In this document: one piece after another, positions 8,260 to 18,103 of the stretch | Layout: each line of letters starts with the position of its first letter | How positions within the stretch are numbered: position 1 is the stretch's first letter | Source of the DNA: Candidatus Udaeobacter sp. | Lineage (GTDB): Bacteria > Verrucomicrobiota > Verrucomicrobiia > Chthoniobacterales > UBA10450 | Length of the DNA: 40,574 nucleotides | Reading direction: 5' to 3' | NCBI GenBank assembly: GCA_036270025.1 | Contig: DATBDI010000456.1 | Coordinates: forward strand, 1-40,574 | Notes under the pieces: generated by a model | Told to the model about the DNA's origin: nothing | The model's database searches: none | The model's input: only the letters and a program-made list of their open reading frames with translations | Program-made: the position numbers and the translations under genes

Positions 8260-11200
8260 TGTGGCACCTCCTTGAGAATAAGCGTGTCCGGCACGTCAGG
8301 AGTGAGAAATGCAAGTTGTGCGGGAAAGATACCATTCCGAGGCAGGATCTGGTAGCCCGCCATCCGTGGCGGTCCGACCGTTTCCGCCAGGTGCACCAAT
8401 AAGTAAGACTCAGGCGTGGTTGTCGCCGCCAATTGTTCGAGTTTCTTTTCCAAATCGGGTGAGGAGAGTTCCGCTTCCGAGATACTACTAAGCAGATCGA
8501 CATCCACATAAGCGACACCATCGACTTGTTGGATCGCCCTGATAACTTCGCTCAAGAATACGGTCTGACCCAGCTCCCGCCGTTGAAAGCCGAAGACATC
8601 GAGCAGCGTCGTGCGAATCTTCGGTTCGACCGATTCCCATTGGTAGTCGGGTAACACGCTCACGTTGGCGCTGATGATGAGAGCTAGTAACTCGCGCAGC
8701 CCGACTCTTATCGGCAGATAGGGATCGCCAAAGTCACGGAGCGCCTTGCGCAGGTTGCGATATAAGTCGGAAGTCTCATCGATCGGGATATCATTGGTCC
8801 CAGCGATAGTAACATGGACAAGCTGGCGGCGGCCATCGGAGAGCCGGGCGGCGCTCGCCTTACCGATGCCAGCGAAGGTGCGGGCGAAGTCGGCATAGTC
8901 CCGCGTCGAAACCAGCCGGTCGAGCGCGGCCACCGCTAAAGGCGCATTCTGGCGTGCCTGGTCACGACTCTCGCGGTCCGCTCCGCCCGAGGCAAGCAAC
9001 GGGTTAGTAACTGCCTTAACACCGAGTGGACGCGTCACCAGAAGCGTGATCTGGTCGGCCTTCACGTCACCCGGTTCGCCGATGCCGTTGCGATAGATTG
9101 CCTTCACATTTTCCTGGCCGGTAGGTAGCCGCGCGCCGTGCTGGCCGTTGCCAAAGATGACCGTCGTTTTTCCATCGTCATCCGTCTTGGTAATAAAGGA
9201 GCGGTCTGTTGGAAGCAAACCAGCGAGGCTATCGGTCTCGTGCCACTGAATGTCATTGACCCGCACTACCAACGTGCTATCGACCCCGGCGGGATTTGGC
9301 GCGGCGACGAAGGTGAGCGGCGCTTGTTTCAAAGTGAATGCTTGTGCTGCTTTGCTACCATCGCCGTTGCCGAGGACTTCGTTGCGCGTTTCGCCGTGCG
9401 TAGCTTTAACGACGTTGCCGAAGATAACAACCGTGTCGCGCTTGTAATGATACTCTAATTTGTTTTGCAAGGTGATGAACGTGTGGGTCTTATCGCCCGG
9501 CAAGTCCGTATACTTTTGCTCGACCCCGGCGAGCATGACGAGTTCGCCGGCTTTGACGCCACTCGTTCCTGGGATATCGGTCCGTTCGCCAAAAACAATC
9601 AGCCAGCGTCCACTGGACAGACCATCGTATAGTTCACCCAGCTCGATGACGGCATCCTGGATCTCTGCCGTATAAGGCTCTTCCGCCAGCACTAACTCTT
9701 CGCTCTGCGCATAGACGGCTGTCTCGCGCAGCTTGCCCATTAAATCGTTGGCCGGGTCCCACCAGTGCCTGGGCAAGGCCAGCTCGGTGGTCTTGGCACT
9801 CACGTTGTAGGCGGTGCGCGGACGGATGAGCGCCGAATCGACCCGCGCAGCCAGGTAGCCGGCAGATTTGTTTTGTATAACTGCATAACTCTTAGGGCGA
9901 ATCGCGTCGTAAGCCGCATCCAGATAAAGGACGGTCGAGGATTCGTCCCCTGCTTCACTGGGCGTCCAGTCTCCATCCGGCTCCGCGACGAATGGAAACT
10001 CCTGCTTTGTATCACTCGTGTTCGGCGCGAGTGCCATCTTAACCGGGGCGTTGTAGCCGAAGGGCGAGGCCACCAGCCGAAGAACGTGAACCGATTGCAA
10101 CGGTAACAAAGCTGAATCTACGCTAGCGTTCCTCCAGGCCGCGTAGAGTGTTTCACTCAGGCTCGGCTTAAAAGCGACTAATAACTGCGGAAGATTGTCG
10201 GCCGTCCGGGTAAATCCCTGCGCGGCAGTCCGCCCTAACTGCGTGCTGTTCGCCGGGTGTAATGAGGCGTGCTTGGCCAGCGGTTCGATCAGATTAGCCA
10301 GGCTGATGGTTATTGGAGTGGCCGCCTCGCATTGAGCGCTGTCGCCTTTTGGAATCTTCGCTAACCAATCCTGCGCCCGCTTAATGAATTTTGCAGAGTT
10401 CTCGTCAGTTAATGCCAGGAGGTCGGATAGCAGACCATCGATACTATCGTGCAATTCCGCAGCGCTTACCAACTGGCTCAAGTCATTGAGCAACTTAAAG
10501 ACTCCCTTTAGCAGGTCTCCGATGGGCCCCGCTTGTTGCTGTTGCAGTTGGTCCTTGAACTGCTTTTCCAGGCGCGACGTGAGATACCGGTCCAGTAAAC
10601 TCGAGAGAGTTGTTCGGTCGCTGCTGCTAATCGGGCGCAAACCCTCGACTACACTTATGGCAAGACAAGTAAGGTCGTGCCGGAAGGAGGCATCCTTTAG
10701 CATCTCTGTTGCCGCGTCCAGAACACTCTTTGCTACTTCCAACACCTGCGGATCGGTCCAGGGTGTGCCATTCGATTCCTCCGGAGGAGGCGGCGCGACC
10801 GCCGCGGTTTTTCGTCGTTTTGTGCTGGCACGGGCCTTAGTTGCAAATAAAGGCGTAAAGGGACGAATTGTTTTAGCCATGGCTGGCGTCGGGTTTACCA
10901 GCGTCGCCAAAAAACTATAGATGCGCTCATGGCTGAAATACTCTTGATCGATCGGCGGATAATTACCGAGGGCCAGATTCTCGATGCCTTTTAGGACAAA
11001 ATCGTTAACCTCCTCCACCCGTTTTACGACCGCTGATTTTGATTGGTCTTTCTCCAGCAATGGGATTTGAGTATCCAGCGCGGTTTTCCCAACGCGTAAC
11101 AAAGCCAGAGCTGCAATGATAAGGAAAGGCACCGCTTGCAGCGTGACGTCGGTTCGGTTCTCGTCAAATTTCGGCTCGGCTCCTTCGACAACTCGCACTA

Positions 11201-11927
11201 CCTGCGCGCCGATTTCCTCGCCAAAGACGAGCAGTAGATGGTCATTCGCCTTTAGGTTCAAGGCCGCGCCTTCAAAATAGATATTCGCTATCTCCTGCGC
11301 GTTGACGAGGGTTATGTTCTGCGGGCGGGTCAGGCGAGGCTTGAGGTTGTTCCACTCCGAGCGCGCCTCGAGCGGGTCGGAGGTTTCGAATGACTGTGGT
11401 AGTTCTCCCGTCCCCGGCACGCTCTGGACCCGGCTACCGGCAGGGATAACTGTCTTAATCGGCTTAGGCGGCGTTACCGATAGGTCTTCATCAATCGTAT
11501 AGGCCAGATAAACCGTCGCCGCGACTCCGGGCCGCAACGTGTAACCAATCATCCGGGCCAGCTCCAGGATCGAGCGTCGCTCCGTCGCAGTGCGGAGATA
11601 GCCCTCGTTAGCTATGCGCTCCTGATAAAAGGTCAGGACATCGGCCACCATCGCCCAACCATCGAGGAGAGCAATGGAAGGATCGCTCGCTTCGCGGGTC
11701 GTAAGACCAACCAACGGGAGGACAGACTGTGTAACCGGGTTACCTAGAGGATCGTATTCTCCGGTCGAAATGTCGAGGGCAAGGCTCGAGAGCCGCGCTT
11801 TCATTGTCTCCAGAAAAGTAGCGTGCGTGCCCGCGCGATAACTCAGCGCGTCAAGGCCGGGGCGATTGGCCGTTGGCGCCGGTGTTAGGACTTCCGTGCC
11901 CTCGCAGCAGCCACAGGTTGGATTCAT
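8256..11927 (-). CDS. Putative baseplate assembly protein, TIGR02243-like / baseplate-J-like (1223 aa)
   Basis: N-terminus CGCCEGTEVLTPAPTANRPGLDALSYRAGTHATFLETMKARLS and C-terminal gpJ-like block LVSTRDYADFARTFAGIGKASA. 4-nt overlaps on both sides. Confidence 0.85.
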   Translation of the reverse strand: MNPTCGCCEGTEVLTPAPTANRPGLDALSYRAGTHATFLETMKARLSSLALDISTGEYDPLGNPVTQSVLPLVGLTTREASDPSIALLDGWAMVADVLTFYQERIANEGYLRTATERRSILELARMIGYTLRPGVAATVYLAYTIDEDLSVTPPKPIKTVIPAGSRVQSVPGTGELPQSFETSDPLEARSEWNNLKPRLTRPQNITLVNAQEIANIYFEGAALNLKANDHLLLVFGEEIGAQVVRVVEGAEPKFDENRTDVTLQAVPFLIIAALALLRVGKTALDTQIPLLEKDQSKSAVVKRVEEVNDFVLKGIENLALGNYPPIDQEYFSHERIYSFLATLVNPTPAMAKTIRPFTPLFATKARASTKRRKTAAVAPPPPEESNGTPWTDPQVLEVAKSVLDAATEMLKDASFRHDLTCLAISVVEGLRPISSSDRTTLSSLLDRYLTSRLEKQFKDQLQQQQAGPIGDLLKGVFKLLNDLSQLVSAAELHDSIDGLLSDLLALTDENSAKFIKRAQDWLAKIPKGDSAQCEAATPITISLANLIEPLAKHASLHPANSTQLGRTAAQGFTRTADNLPQLLVAFKPSLSETLYAAWRNASVDSALLPLQSVHVLRLVASPFGYNAPVKMALAPNTSDTKQEFPFVAEPDGDWTPSEAGDESSTVLYLDAAYDAIRPKSYAVIQNKSAGYLAARVDSALIRPRTAYNVSAKTTELALPRHWWDPANDLMGKLRETAVYAQSEELVLAEEPYTAEIQDAVIELGELYDGLSSGRWLIVFGERTDIPGTSGVKAGELVMLAGVEQKYTDLPGDKTHTFITLQNKLEYHYKRDTVVIFGNVVKATHGETRNEVLGNGDGSKAAQAFTLKQAPLTFVAAPNPAGVDSTLVVRVNDIQWHETDSLAGLLPTDRSFITKTDDDGKTTVIFGNGQHGARLPTGQENVKAIYRNGIGEPGDVKADQITLLVTRPLGVKAVTNPLLASGGADRESRDQARQNAPLAVAALDRLVSTRDYADFARTFAGIGKASAARLSDGRRQLVHVTIAGTNDIPIDETSDLYRNLRKALRDFGDPYLPIRVGLRELLALIISANVSVLPDYQWESVEPKIRTTLLDVFGFQRRELGQTVFLSEVIRAIQQVDGVAYVDVDLLSSISEAELSSPDLEKKLEQLAATTTPESYLLVHLAETVGPPRMAGYQILPRNGIFPAQLAFLTPDVPDTLILKEVPQ

Positions 11928-14707
11928 CTTCCTCCTCTCATGTCCAGGCCCAGGCTACCGTGCTCCGGGAAACTCGGATCGTTATCGAGTTGGGGGATCT
12001 CCAACGGGCCGAGCAGCAGGATGCCCTTTTCCAGCTCCTGATTGGGTAGCTCATCAAAGCGTTGGAACATTGTTACTTTTACATTCTCGACCCCCGTCAC
12101 CGACTGCGCCGCGGCGATTAGTTTGCTAAGATAAATTCCTTCGCCAAAGGTCAGATTGTCGGGATGGAAAAAACCAAGACGCCCATCCGGCAGGACGCGG
12201 TTACTGAAGACTTCGAGCAAAGCCGCTTCCACCTGGCCCCGCAAATAATGTGGCAATACGCATATCGTCATTCCGATCTGGAGCGGGACATAGGTCGCTG
12301 GCTGCACCGCGAGGTCATAGCCCATCCGGCCATAGGGATAAAGACCGCGTTTGATCGCATGCAACAGTTTTTTGTTAGCTTCCTCGCTGCCGGCTGGATC
12401 AATCGCGACCCGCGCCTCATACCAGCTACCGGTCCAACGCAGGTCCGCCCGAGCCATATTACCCTGGCTTGTCGTAAGGGTGGCGTAGTCCTTGGCGGTG
12501 ATCGCCCGTTCCAACGTGTTACGAAATGCGCCCGGGGCATACAACTTCGCTTCCGCAATCGGCTCAGACGCGGTGCCGCCCTTGGCTGGAAGCGGATTAC
12601 GCGGAGTTAGATTCACGCCGCTTAGCATTGTCTTGCGCAGAACGAGGATGGTAATGGTGTCCGCCCCAACGTTACCAGCCGGGCCGTTTCCTACCCGGTA
12701 ACTCGCGATGAACCTTGTCCCCGCTTCGGGCAGTAACCCCAAATCACCGTCGCCGAAGCGAAGGTGTGCGCGACCTTCGTTATCCATTTCTACGACAAAT
12801 TGAAGATCGTCACTTTGACTGCTAAGCAGATCCCTGCGAGCACTCCATGCTTGAAGGAGGGCATTCAGGTCTGTGGTCAGCGCCGTCAGCAGGTCCAAAG
12901 ACGGCTCCCCTCCAACAACAAACGTGTTAAGCAAGTCGAGGGTTGTTTGTGAAAGCTTAGGACGCAAGGCAGCGCCAATCGGGTCGGCGTTATTTCGAAG
13001 TTTCGCAATGAGCGCGGTTGGGTCTTTTAAGTCGTTGCTCTCAAAGAGTGATACCAGAGCCTCCGGCGCGGCCGGGATGCTTTGCACTTTGATCTGCGGT
13101 TGTGCCGTTCGGGCATCCAGGTTGTTCGCACTAAATACCTCGGAAGCCGACTTATGCTTTGGAAGAGGGTTACTAAATGTAAGTGGCCGTCGCTCTAGAA
13201 TAGGCCGGTAGCGACCTGGCAGATAAGTCATTTCCACGGCGCTTCCTTCGCACTCACAAGTCCCTACCGCCACGATCCGCTCCACCAAGCCTAAGTCCTC
13301 CGGCGGATCAGTCGTCCTTCCGTTGTCCACCAGGACAACGTTGCCTGTAGCAACGCTCACGTTCGAGACAAACCTGCAATCGGGCGCGTCACGTCGCGCG
13401 GAAATACAGAGTGGAAACGGCAAGGCATCCGCAACTGCCCATTCGATCTCGACCACCGGCGTGCCATTCACCGGATCAACGATCGGGCGCACGCTTGTGA
13501 GTTGGACAGCATGACGCCGCTTTGGATCCGCATCAGCCCTCTGACCAGTCTTAGGCCCTAACACTTCTTCAAAGATAAGAACATTGCCGACCTTTAAGTC
13601 GAGTGTCCGTGGTCGCTCAGTCGGCGCCTTAGCGTCTTCCGGGTCATAATGCGTTTCGGCGGCCAAGGCCGGTCCTTCCGCGTTGGCCCAGCCGTCCAGC
13701 AAAGTCGCCCGCGTCGCTCCCCGGGGCAGACAGCATTCCTGGTTGTCCCAGCTATAGAAAAAGATTGTGCTATGCGCCGCGACCAGCTGAATAAGTTCCT
13801 TGTCGGTCGGCTCGAACACATCGTAGCTCGCCCCCGGCACATCTTGAAGGTCTTCCATCTTCGAGAGAGTCTTATTGGCAAAGCGCGCTTCGCCCGGCCT
13901 GGTGATGAAAAAACAATCGCTCAGGTCAAGCTCGGTATTATTATCCGTCGCTATGCTAACCCACGCGCGCGCGTTGCAGCCTTCATGCAGGAAATAATCG
14001 ACCAAACGAACATGGCGCCGCACCGAGATGCGTTCGCGCGCCGTGTCGAGATAGGCCTCGGTCGCGACCGCATCCTGGTAATAACTCAAATAGTCGCCGA
14101 CATAGGCCAGTAACTCGACCAGAGCAATGCCAATGTCCGGCACATGCCGCTCCTGCCAATCCGGCATGATGAGCGCCAGCCGGTCGAGGATAAGCTGGCG
14201 GAAACTGGAGTAGTCTTTCGCCAGGTAATTGATCTCCGGTTCGTCGCGCTTTTCGGGTGGACAAAGCTCCTCCTCCTTACAGTCGAAGTCGCTTGGGCAG
14301 CCCACCTTGAAACTAAACTCTGCATGCGAATAACGCGGATCCAATTTTTGAAACCGCTGGTCGTTTTGGGGCCAGTCTTCACCACCAACCAAGCGCAAGG
14401 TGTAAGTGGAGAAATCGCCCGCCTTATCGACCATCACTCGCAAGCAAGCGTCAAGGTTACTGCCCGTCGCGCGATCATCGCCGTGGTAGTCCACCTTTAC
14501 GACCTGGATGTCTGACACCCGCCTGCCGCCCTCGATCACCACGTCATCTTTCGTAAGTCCCTGCGGAATCAACCCGAAGAAATGAACGCACAACTGGCGC
14601 TGGTCGCCATCATCAATCACCTCGATGTAATCAATCCCGCTCCAACCCTGGCCGCGGTCGCGCTGGCGACGCCGTTCCAGCCTGCAAGTTAAGCTCGGGC
14701 TTTCCAT
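11924..14707 (-). CDS. Baseplate J / gp47 (T4 gp6-like, Afp11-like) family protein (927 aa)
   Basis: LAKDYSSFRQLILDRLALIMPDWQERHVPDIGIALVELLAYVGDYLSYYQDAVATEAYLDTA and C-terminal ITAKDYATLTT..ARADLRWTGSWYEARVAIDP are baseplate-J hallmarks. Confidence 0.85.
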   Translation of the reverse strand: MESPSLTCRLERRRQRDRGQGWSGIDYIEVIDDGDQRQLCVHFFGLIPQGLTKDDVVIEGGRRVSDIQVVKVDYHGDDRATGSNLDACLRVMVDKAGDFSTYTLRLVGGEDWPQNDQRFQKLDPRYSHAEFSFKVGCPSDFDCKEEELCPPEKRDEPEINYLAKDYSSFRQLILDRLALIMPDWQERHVPDIGIALVELLAYVGDYLSYYQDAVATEAYLDTARERISVRRHVRLVDYFLHEGCNARAWVSIATDNNTELDLSDCFFITRPGEARFANKTLSKMEDLQDVPGASYDVFEPTDKELIQLVAAHSTIFFYSWDNQECCLPRGATRATLLDGWANAEGPALAAETHYDPEDAKAPTERPRTLDLKVGNVLIFEEVLGPKTGQRADADPKRRHAVQLTSVRPIVDPVNGTPVVEIEWAVADALPFPLCISARRDAPDCRFVSNVSVATGNVVLVDNGRTTDPPEDLGLVERIVAVGTCECEGSAVEMTYLPGRYRPILERRPLTFSNPLPKHKSASEVFSANNLDARTAQPQIKVQSIPAAPEALVSLFESNDLKDPTALIAKLRNNADPIGAALRPKLSQTTLDLLNTFVVGGEPSLDLLTALTTDLNALLQAWSARRDLLSSQSDDLQFVVEMDNEGRAHLRFGDGDLGLLPEAGTRFIASYRVGNGPAGNVGADTITILVLRKTMLSGVNLTPRNPLPAKGGTASEPIAEAKLYAPGAFRNTLERAITAKDYATLTTSQGNMARADLRWTGSWYEARVAIDPAGSEEANKKLLHAIKRGLYPYGRMGYDLAVQPATYVPLQIGMTICVLPHYLRGQVEAALLEVFSNRVLPDGRLGFFHPDNLTFGEGIYLSKLIAAAQSVTGVENVKVTMFQRFDELPNQELEKGILLLGPLEIPQLDNDPSFPEHGSLGLDMRGGR

Positions 14708-15066
14708 TAGACTCCTGCCTTGGTAAAGGTGTCTATGCGCTGTTCGCCGGTGCGCTTTACCAGGTATTGCACAAGCACGCTTAGGGTCGCGTCCTCGCTT
14801 GTTACTTTTAGCGCACGCACATCGACCAGGTCACTTAGCCAGCGTTGGAGCCCGGCTTTAACTGTAAGTTCAACCGCCGTGGCCAGTTCCGGGCTGTTCG
14901 GCGCAAAGACCAACTGTAAAAGACCAGCGCCAAAATCCGGACGGTTCACGCGCTCCCCGGGATTGGTAAAAAGAAATTGCTCGATCATGTCACGAACGTG
15001 GTCGTCATCATCGGTCACAGCGGTGCGGCCGCGACTATCGAGATGAAAAGGGAAATCGATATTCAT
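14707..15066 (-). CDS. GPW/gp25 family baseplate wedge protein (Afp9-like)
   Basis: FPFHLDSRGRTAVTDDDDHVRDMIEQFLFTNPGERVNRPDFGAGLLQLVF is a typical gp25/GPW sequence. Confidence 0.9.
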   Translation of the reverse strand: MNIDFPFHLDSRGRTAVTDDDDHVRDMIEQFLFTNPGERVNRPDFGAGLLQLVFAPNSPELATAVELTVKAGLQRWLSDLVDVRALKVTSEDATLSVLVQYLVKRTGEQRIDTFTKAGV

Positions 15067-15073
15067 AACTCCA

Positions 15074-15397
15074 TTACATTGCAGTCACGCGCGTTTGAGT
15101 TACAACGATCATGAGCGGCGTGCCGGTAGGCGCGCAGATTGCCTGGCTGCTTTGCACGAGAAGCGGCTGCCCGTTTGATGTAACGCGAGTTGTGCCACTG
15201 AGCCACTGTGCGGTGACACATGGCCCATTCCCGGCCGTGGGAGGAGGAAGCGCGCAACCGGCCACAGCGTAAGGCGTAGTCATTAACACCGTTGGTTGGC
15301 CGCTGACTGTTACCCGCGGATTCGGCGCCGTGGGCTGCGCCTGACCGCCGTGCGCACAAAGCACCTGCGCCCCGACATGAACTAGAAAGCCTGGCAT
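15074..15397 (-). CDS. PAAR-like / DUF4280-like spike-tip protein (Afp10-like)
   Basis: 107 aa, VHVGAQVLCAHGGQA...VTVSGQPTVLMTTPYAVAGC...GPCVTAQW...VTSNGQPLLVQSSQAICAP. Lies between the spike and gp25 genes. Confidence 0.75.
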   Translation of the reverse strand: MPGFLVHVGAQVLCAHGGQAQPTAPNPRVTVSGQPTVLMTTPYAVAGCALPPPTAGNGPCVTAQWLSGTTRVTSNGQPLLVQSSQAICAPTGTPLMIVVTQTRVTAM

Positions 15398-15410
15398 AAT
15401 TGTTCCTTTC

Positions 15411-15950
15411 TCATATCACGACCAGCGCGCCTTTGTTGATTGTTACATTGGGACCGACCATCATAATGGAGGCGCCCTTTCCATTATCGAGATAGATGCC
15501 GCTGTCGTTCACCACGATCATCGCCTTGGTCGTGCTCTGTAGGATAACCCCACCCGTGGCCGGTGTCGGAGGCATATCACTGATCATCACTGAGTGCTGC
15601 AAGAGCGATTGAATAATGATATTCGGATCGGCCGGATTCCCGGCCTTAGCGAGTGTTGGAATATCTGACTGTGAACCCCAGCGGCAACCCACCCAGATAG
15701 GATGATCTGGATCACCGTGCTCAAACTCGACCCAGACCCCCGCACCAATCGGCGGCACCATATAGACTCCCATCGGCGGCCCAGTAGGACCGGCCAACGG
15801 CACACAAGGCTCGGCCCAGCTCGAAGGAATCGCGCCGAGAACGTCCGGGATCGTTAACTGCAATCGCCCGCGCTGCTCCGGGTCAACATTCTGCAGCACG
15901 GTGCCGCGATACTTACCGTAATAGGTGCGATTAGGGCTCGATCCGTTCAT
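15411..15950 (-). CDS. Phage baseplate assembly protein V / gp5 OB-fold spike (VgrG-like, Afp8-like)
   Basis: YYGKYRGTVLQNVDPEQRGRLQLTIPDVLG..WAEPCVPLAGP..GVYMVPPIGAGVWVEFEHGDPDHPIWVGCRW. Confidence 0.9.
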   Translation of the reverse strand: MNGSSPNRTYYGKYRGTVLQNVDPEQRGRLQLTIPDVLGAIPSSWAEPCVPLAGPTGPPMGVYMVPPIGAGVWVEFEHGDPDHPIWVGCRWGSQSDIPTLAKAGNPADPNIIIQSLLQHSVMISDMPPTPATGGVILQSTTKAMIVVNDSGIYLDNGKGASIMMVGPNVTINKGALVVI

Positions 15951-17074
15951 GGTCCGACCACTGGAGTTTGCGTAATCAACCCATCGCGCGACAAGGTGAA
16001 GGACTGCTTGTATTCGCCGCGCTTCAGATTGTGAGTGACGCTGTTGACGTAGTAGAAACCATCGTAAGCCGGTCCTGCCCCCCTTACTCCCACCACCGTG
16101 CGCATTCTCAGAATAGCGCCGTACCGGGTCACATTGAGAGAACCGTTGCCAGTGATCGCGTCCGCATTATTTAGCATCAATCCGAACGCCCGTTTCGCTA
16201 CCTCATCCGGAGCGAGGTTTGCCATATCGTCAGGGAACTCTATCTTCGCGGGTGGCGTTAAGCGCGCACCTAAGGGCGGGTGCAGCAGACTTATATTCGG
16301 GATCGGAATCGGAATCGGAATCTTTCCCGTAATGGGGTCAAGGATTGTAATGACTACAAGTTTCTTTGCCAGGCCGTCCAGGCTGAAGCTAAGTGAGTCC
16401 ACGTTAGTCTCCCAGTCCATATTAATGCTAAGCGCCGGCTGCGGCAGAGGTATCGGAAGATCAGGCCCGAAATAGGCTGTGCTGGTGAGCGGAAATGGCC
16501 CCGGCTCGATGTGGAAGACGTAGCCGGACTGCGCGGCCAGACCTTTGATGTAACTGAGATCGGTGCCGGTCTGAGTGGGAATCTCCTTCGTTGGACTCTT
16601 TACCGTAATGACGGGCGGCGGAATTACGTTTGGTACGATTCCAAACATCGCATACTTGCCGAGGATCATAAGGATACGGGCGGCGTCCGGCATGGCGGGA
16701 TATGGCAGTTTCATTTCCACTACGCCCATCAAGACACTTAGATCTTCGCCGGTAAGAGTTAGCTTTGACTGGCCCGGGTCATTGCTCGGTGAAACTTCGT
16801 GGCGGGTAATAACGCCGTCGGCGATGACTTGCGGGATACCGCGAAAAGTAACGATGATGACAACGCGAGTGATCATCGGGTCAAAGAACCCCGCGGGCAG
16901 CAGCGCTAGCTGGATGAGCGAAGTTTTGCTCACAGTGAGGGTCAATTGAAAACCGGTGCGGTCGCGCTGGCTGGTCACCTGCACGCTTTGGAGCGCTTCC
17001 ACCACCGGCAGCGGCGCGGGCAGAGGCACAGCCAGGGGGCCGATCAACAAAGTAAGATGGATACCATCAAGCAT
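15947..17074 (-). CDS. Baseplate hub protein, P2 gpD / T4 gp27-like (late control D-like)
   Basis: The track ORF extends to 17287, but the ATG at 17072-17074 (MLDGIHLTLLIGPL...) overlaps the upstream stop in AATGCTTGA. DLSYIKGLAAQSGYVFHIEPGP is hub-like. 4-nt overlap with the spike gene. Confidence 0.75.
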   Translation of the reverse strand: MLDGIHLTLLIGPLAVPLPAPLPVVEALQSVQVTSQRDRTGFQLTLTVSKTSLIQLALLPAGFFDPMITRVVIIVTFRGIPQVIADGVITRHEVSPSNDPGQSKLTLTGEDLSVLMGVVEMKLPYPAMPDAARILMILGKYAMFGIVPNVIPPPVITVKSPTKEIPTQTGTDLSYIKGLAAQSGYVFHIEPGPFPLTSTAYFGPDLPIPLPQPALSINMDWETNVDSLSFSLDGLAKKLVVITILDPITGKIPIPIPIPNISLLHPPLGARLTPPAKIEFPDDMANLAPDEVAKRAFGLMLNNADAITGNGSLNVTRYGAILRMRTVVGVRGAGPAYDGFYYVNSVTHNLKRGEYKQSFTLSRDGLITQTPVVGP

Positions 17075-17381
17075 TCGGTACTCCTGGTATTCCTTCTGGC
17101 AGAGTGATGCGCAGCCGCCGGCCAATCGTCTCTGTGAGTTCGTCGGGGCGCATCGCGCGGTTCGAATCACAAACGCGCCAGAACTGTTCTGGATCGCCCA
17201 GGTAACGCGCGGTGATATTGTCCAGACGATCGCCTTGTACCACCACATGCTCCTGCAACAGCGAGAAGCGCTCAGGCGGCGGGACAAAGCGGCGTCTAAT
17301 ATAGATTAGTGTGCGGCCGTCCTTCGTTTCCAGGGTCGCGGTCTGGATATTGTAATACCGGCTGGTCGGTGGGAAAGACAT
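17067..17381 (-). CDS. LysM-like tail protein (P2 gpX-like)
   Basis: VVQGDRLDNITARYLGDPEQFWRVCDSNRAMRPDEL is a LysM-type motif. AAGGA RBS. Confidence 0.7.
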   Translation of the reverse strand: MSFPPTSRYYNIQTATLETKDGRTLIYIRRRFVPPPERFSLLQEHVVVQGDRLDNITARYLGDPEQFWRVCDSNRAMRPDELTETIGRRLRITLPEGIPGVPNA

Positions 17382-17398
17382 GGTTGTCCTTGGGTTCG

Positions 17399-18046
17399 CT
17401 ACAGCTTCAATGCCGCGCCGATGTTCTGCGCGCTGTTAAACACGTTGGTGGTGGCCATGATCTCCTTGGCAATGTGATGGACCAGAAAAAGGGCCTCGCC
17501 GGGGCTGGTTACAGATAGGTCCTGGTAACTAAGAACAGTTAGCGATAACTCAACCTTGGCGCGGATCGGATTGAGTAACGGATCGTGTGCCTCCTCCGTG
17601 ATGCTAAGACTGGTGAGACGCACCGGCAGAACGCGCTGCGGCCCCCAGACGAACAGTGTCATGGGCGCTTCGACTGGAATCACCTCCACGGTGCCAATCA
17701 GGGAAAGGATGGTATTGGCAATCACCACCGCGCTCTTTGGGTATAGGATCATTTCCAGCGCGGCCAGCGTCGGATAAATACCCATCGTTGTGGCTAGCGG
17801 ATTGGCTTCCTCGAGCTGATCGGTTGCATCGATCTCAACACTTAGAGTGATCGTCTCCTTCGGCGCCCCGGTGAGCCGAAAAGCCTCGCCGCGGTCGCCT
17901 TCAGCGCTCACCGCGCGCGGCTCTAACTTTCGTGTCATCGTGTCCGGGTTGTATTGGAACACGACCACACTCGCGAGGGGGTTAAACGGGTCGAGCCCGA
18001 TGATGGCGCCTTTTAACAAGCGTGGTGAACCGGGGAAGCTGCTCAT
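17399..18046 (-). CDS. Contractile-injection-system tube-family protein (tube initiator / inner tube-baseplate adaptor, Afp5/7-like)
   Basis: LLKGAIIGLDPFNP..VVFQYNPDTMTRKLEPR...LFVWGPQRVLPVRLTSLSITEEAHDPLLNPIRAKVELSL matches the CIS-tube N-terminal domain pattern. Confidence 0.75.
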   Translation of the reverse strand: MSSFPGSPRLLKGAIIGLDPFNPLASVVVFQYNPDTMTRKLEPRAVSAEGDRGEAFRLTGAPKETITLSVEIDATDQLEEANPLATTMGIYPTLAALEMILYPKSAVVIANTILSLIGTVEVIPVEAPMTLFVWGPQRVLPVRLTSLSITEEAHDPLLNPIRAKVELSLTVLSYQDLSVTSPGEALFLVHHIAKEIMATTNVFNSAQNIGAALKL

Positions 18047-18103
18047 GGAATGTACAATCTAGTTCCTATCATCTTCATGAACTTCCTGCTGAATTCCATG
18101 CCG

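Noticed and set aside
16299-16322. Hexanucleotide tandem repeat GGGATC(GGAATC)3
   Set aside because: It lies in frame inside the hub gene and encodes IPIPIPIP. It is short and its unit is a multiple of 3, so it cannot phase-vary by frameshift. It is probably just a Pro-Ile linker.
15947-17287. Long (446-aa) version of the hub gene, and the long versions of 18651..20795 and 20728..21840
   Set aside because: The upstream extensions overlap the preceding genes by 68-220 nt and encode Arg/Cys/Trp-rich sequence. The internal ATGs give stop/start coupling, a GGAGGA RBS in one case, and leader lengths matching the paralogs.
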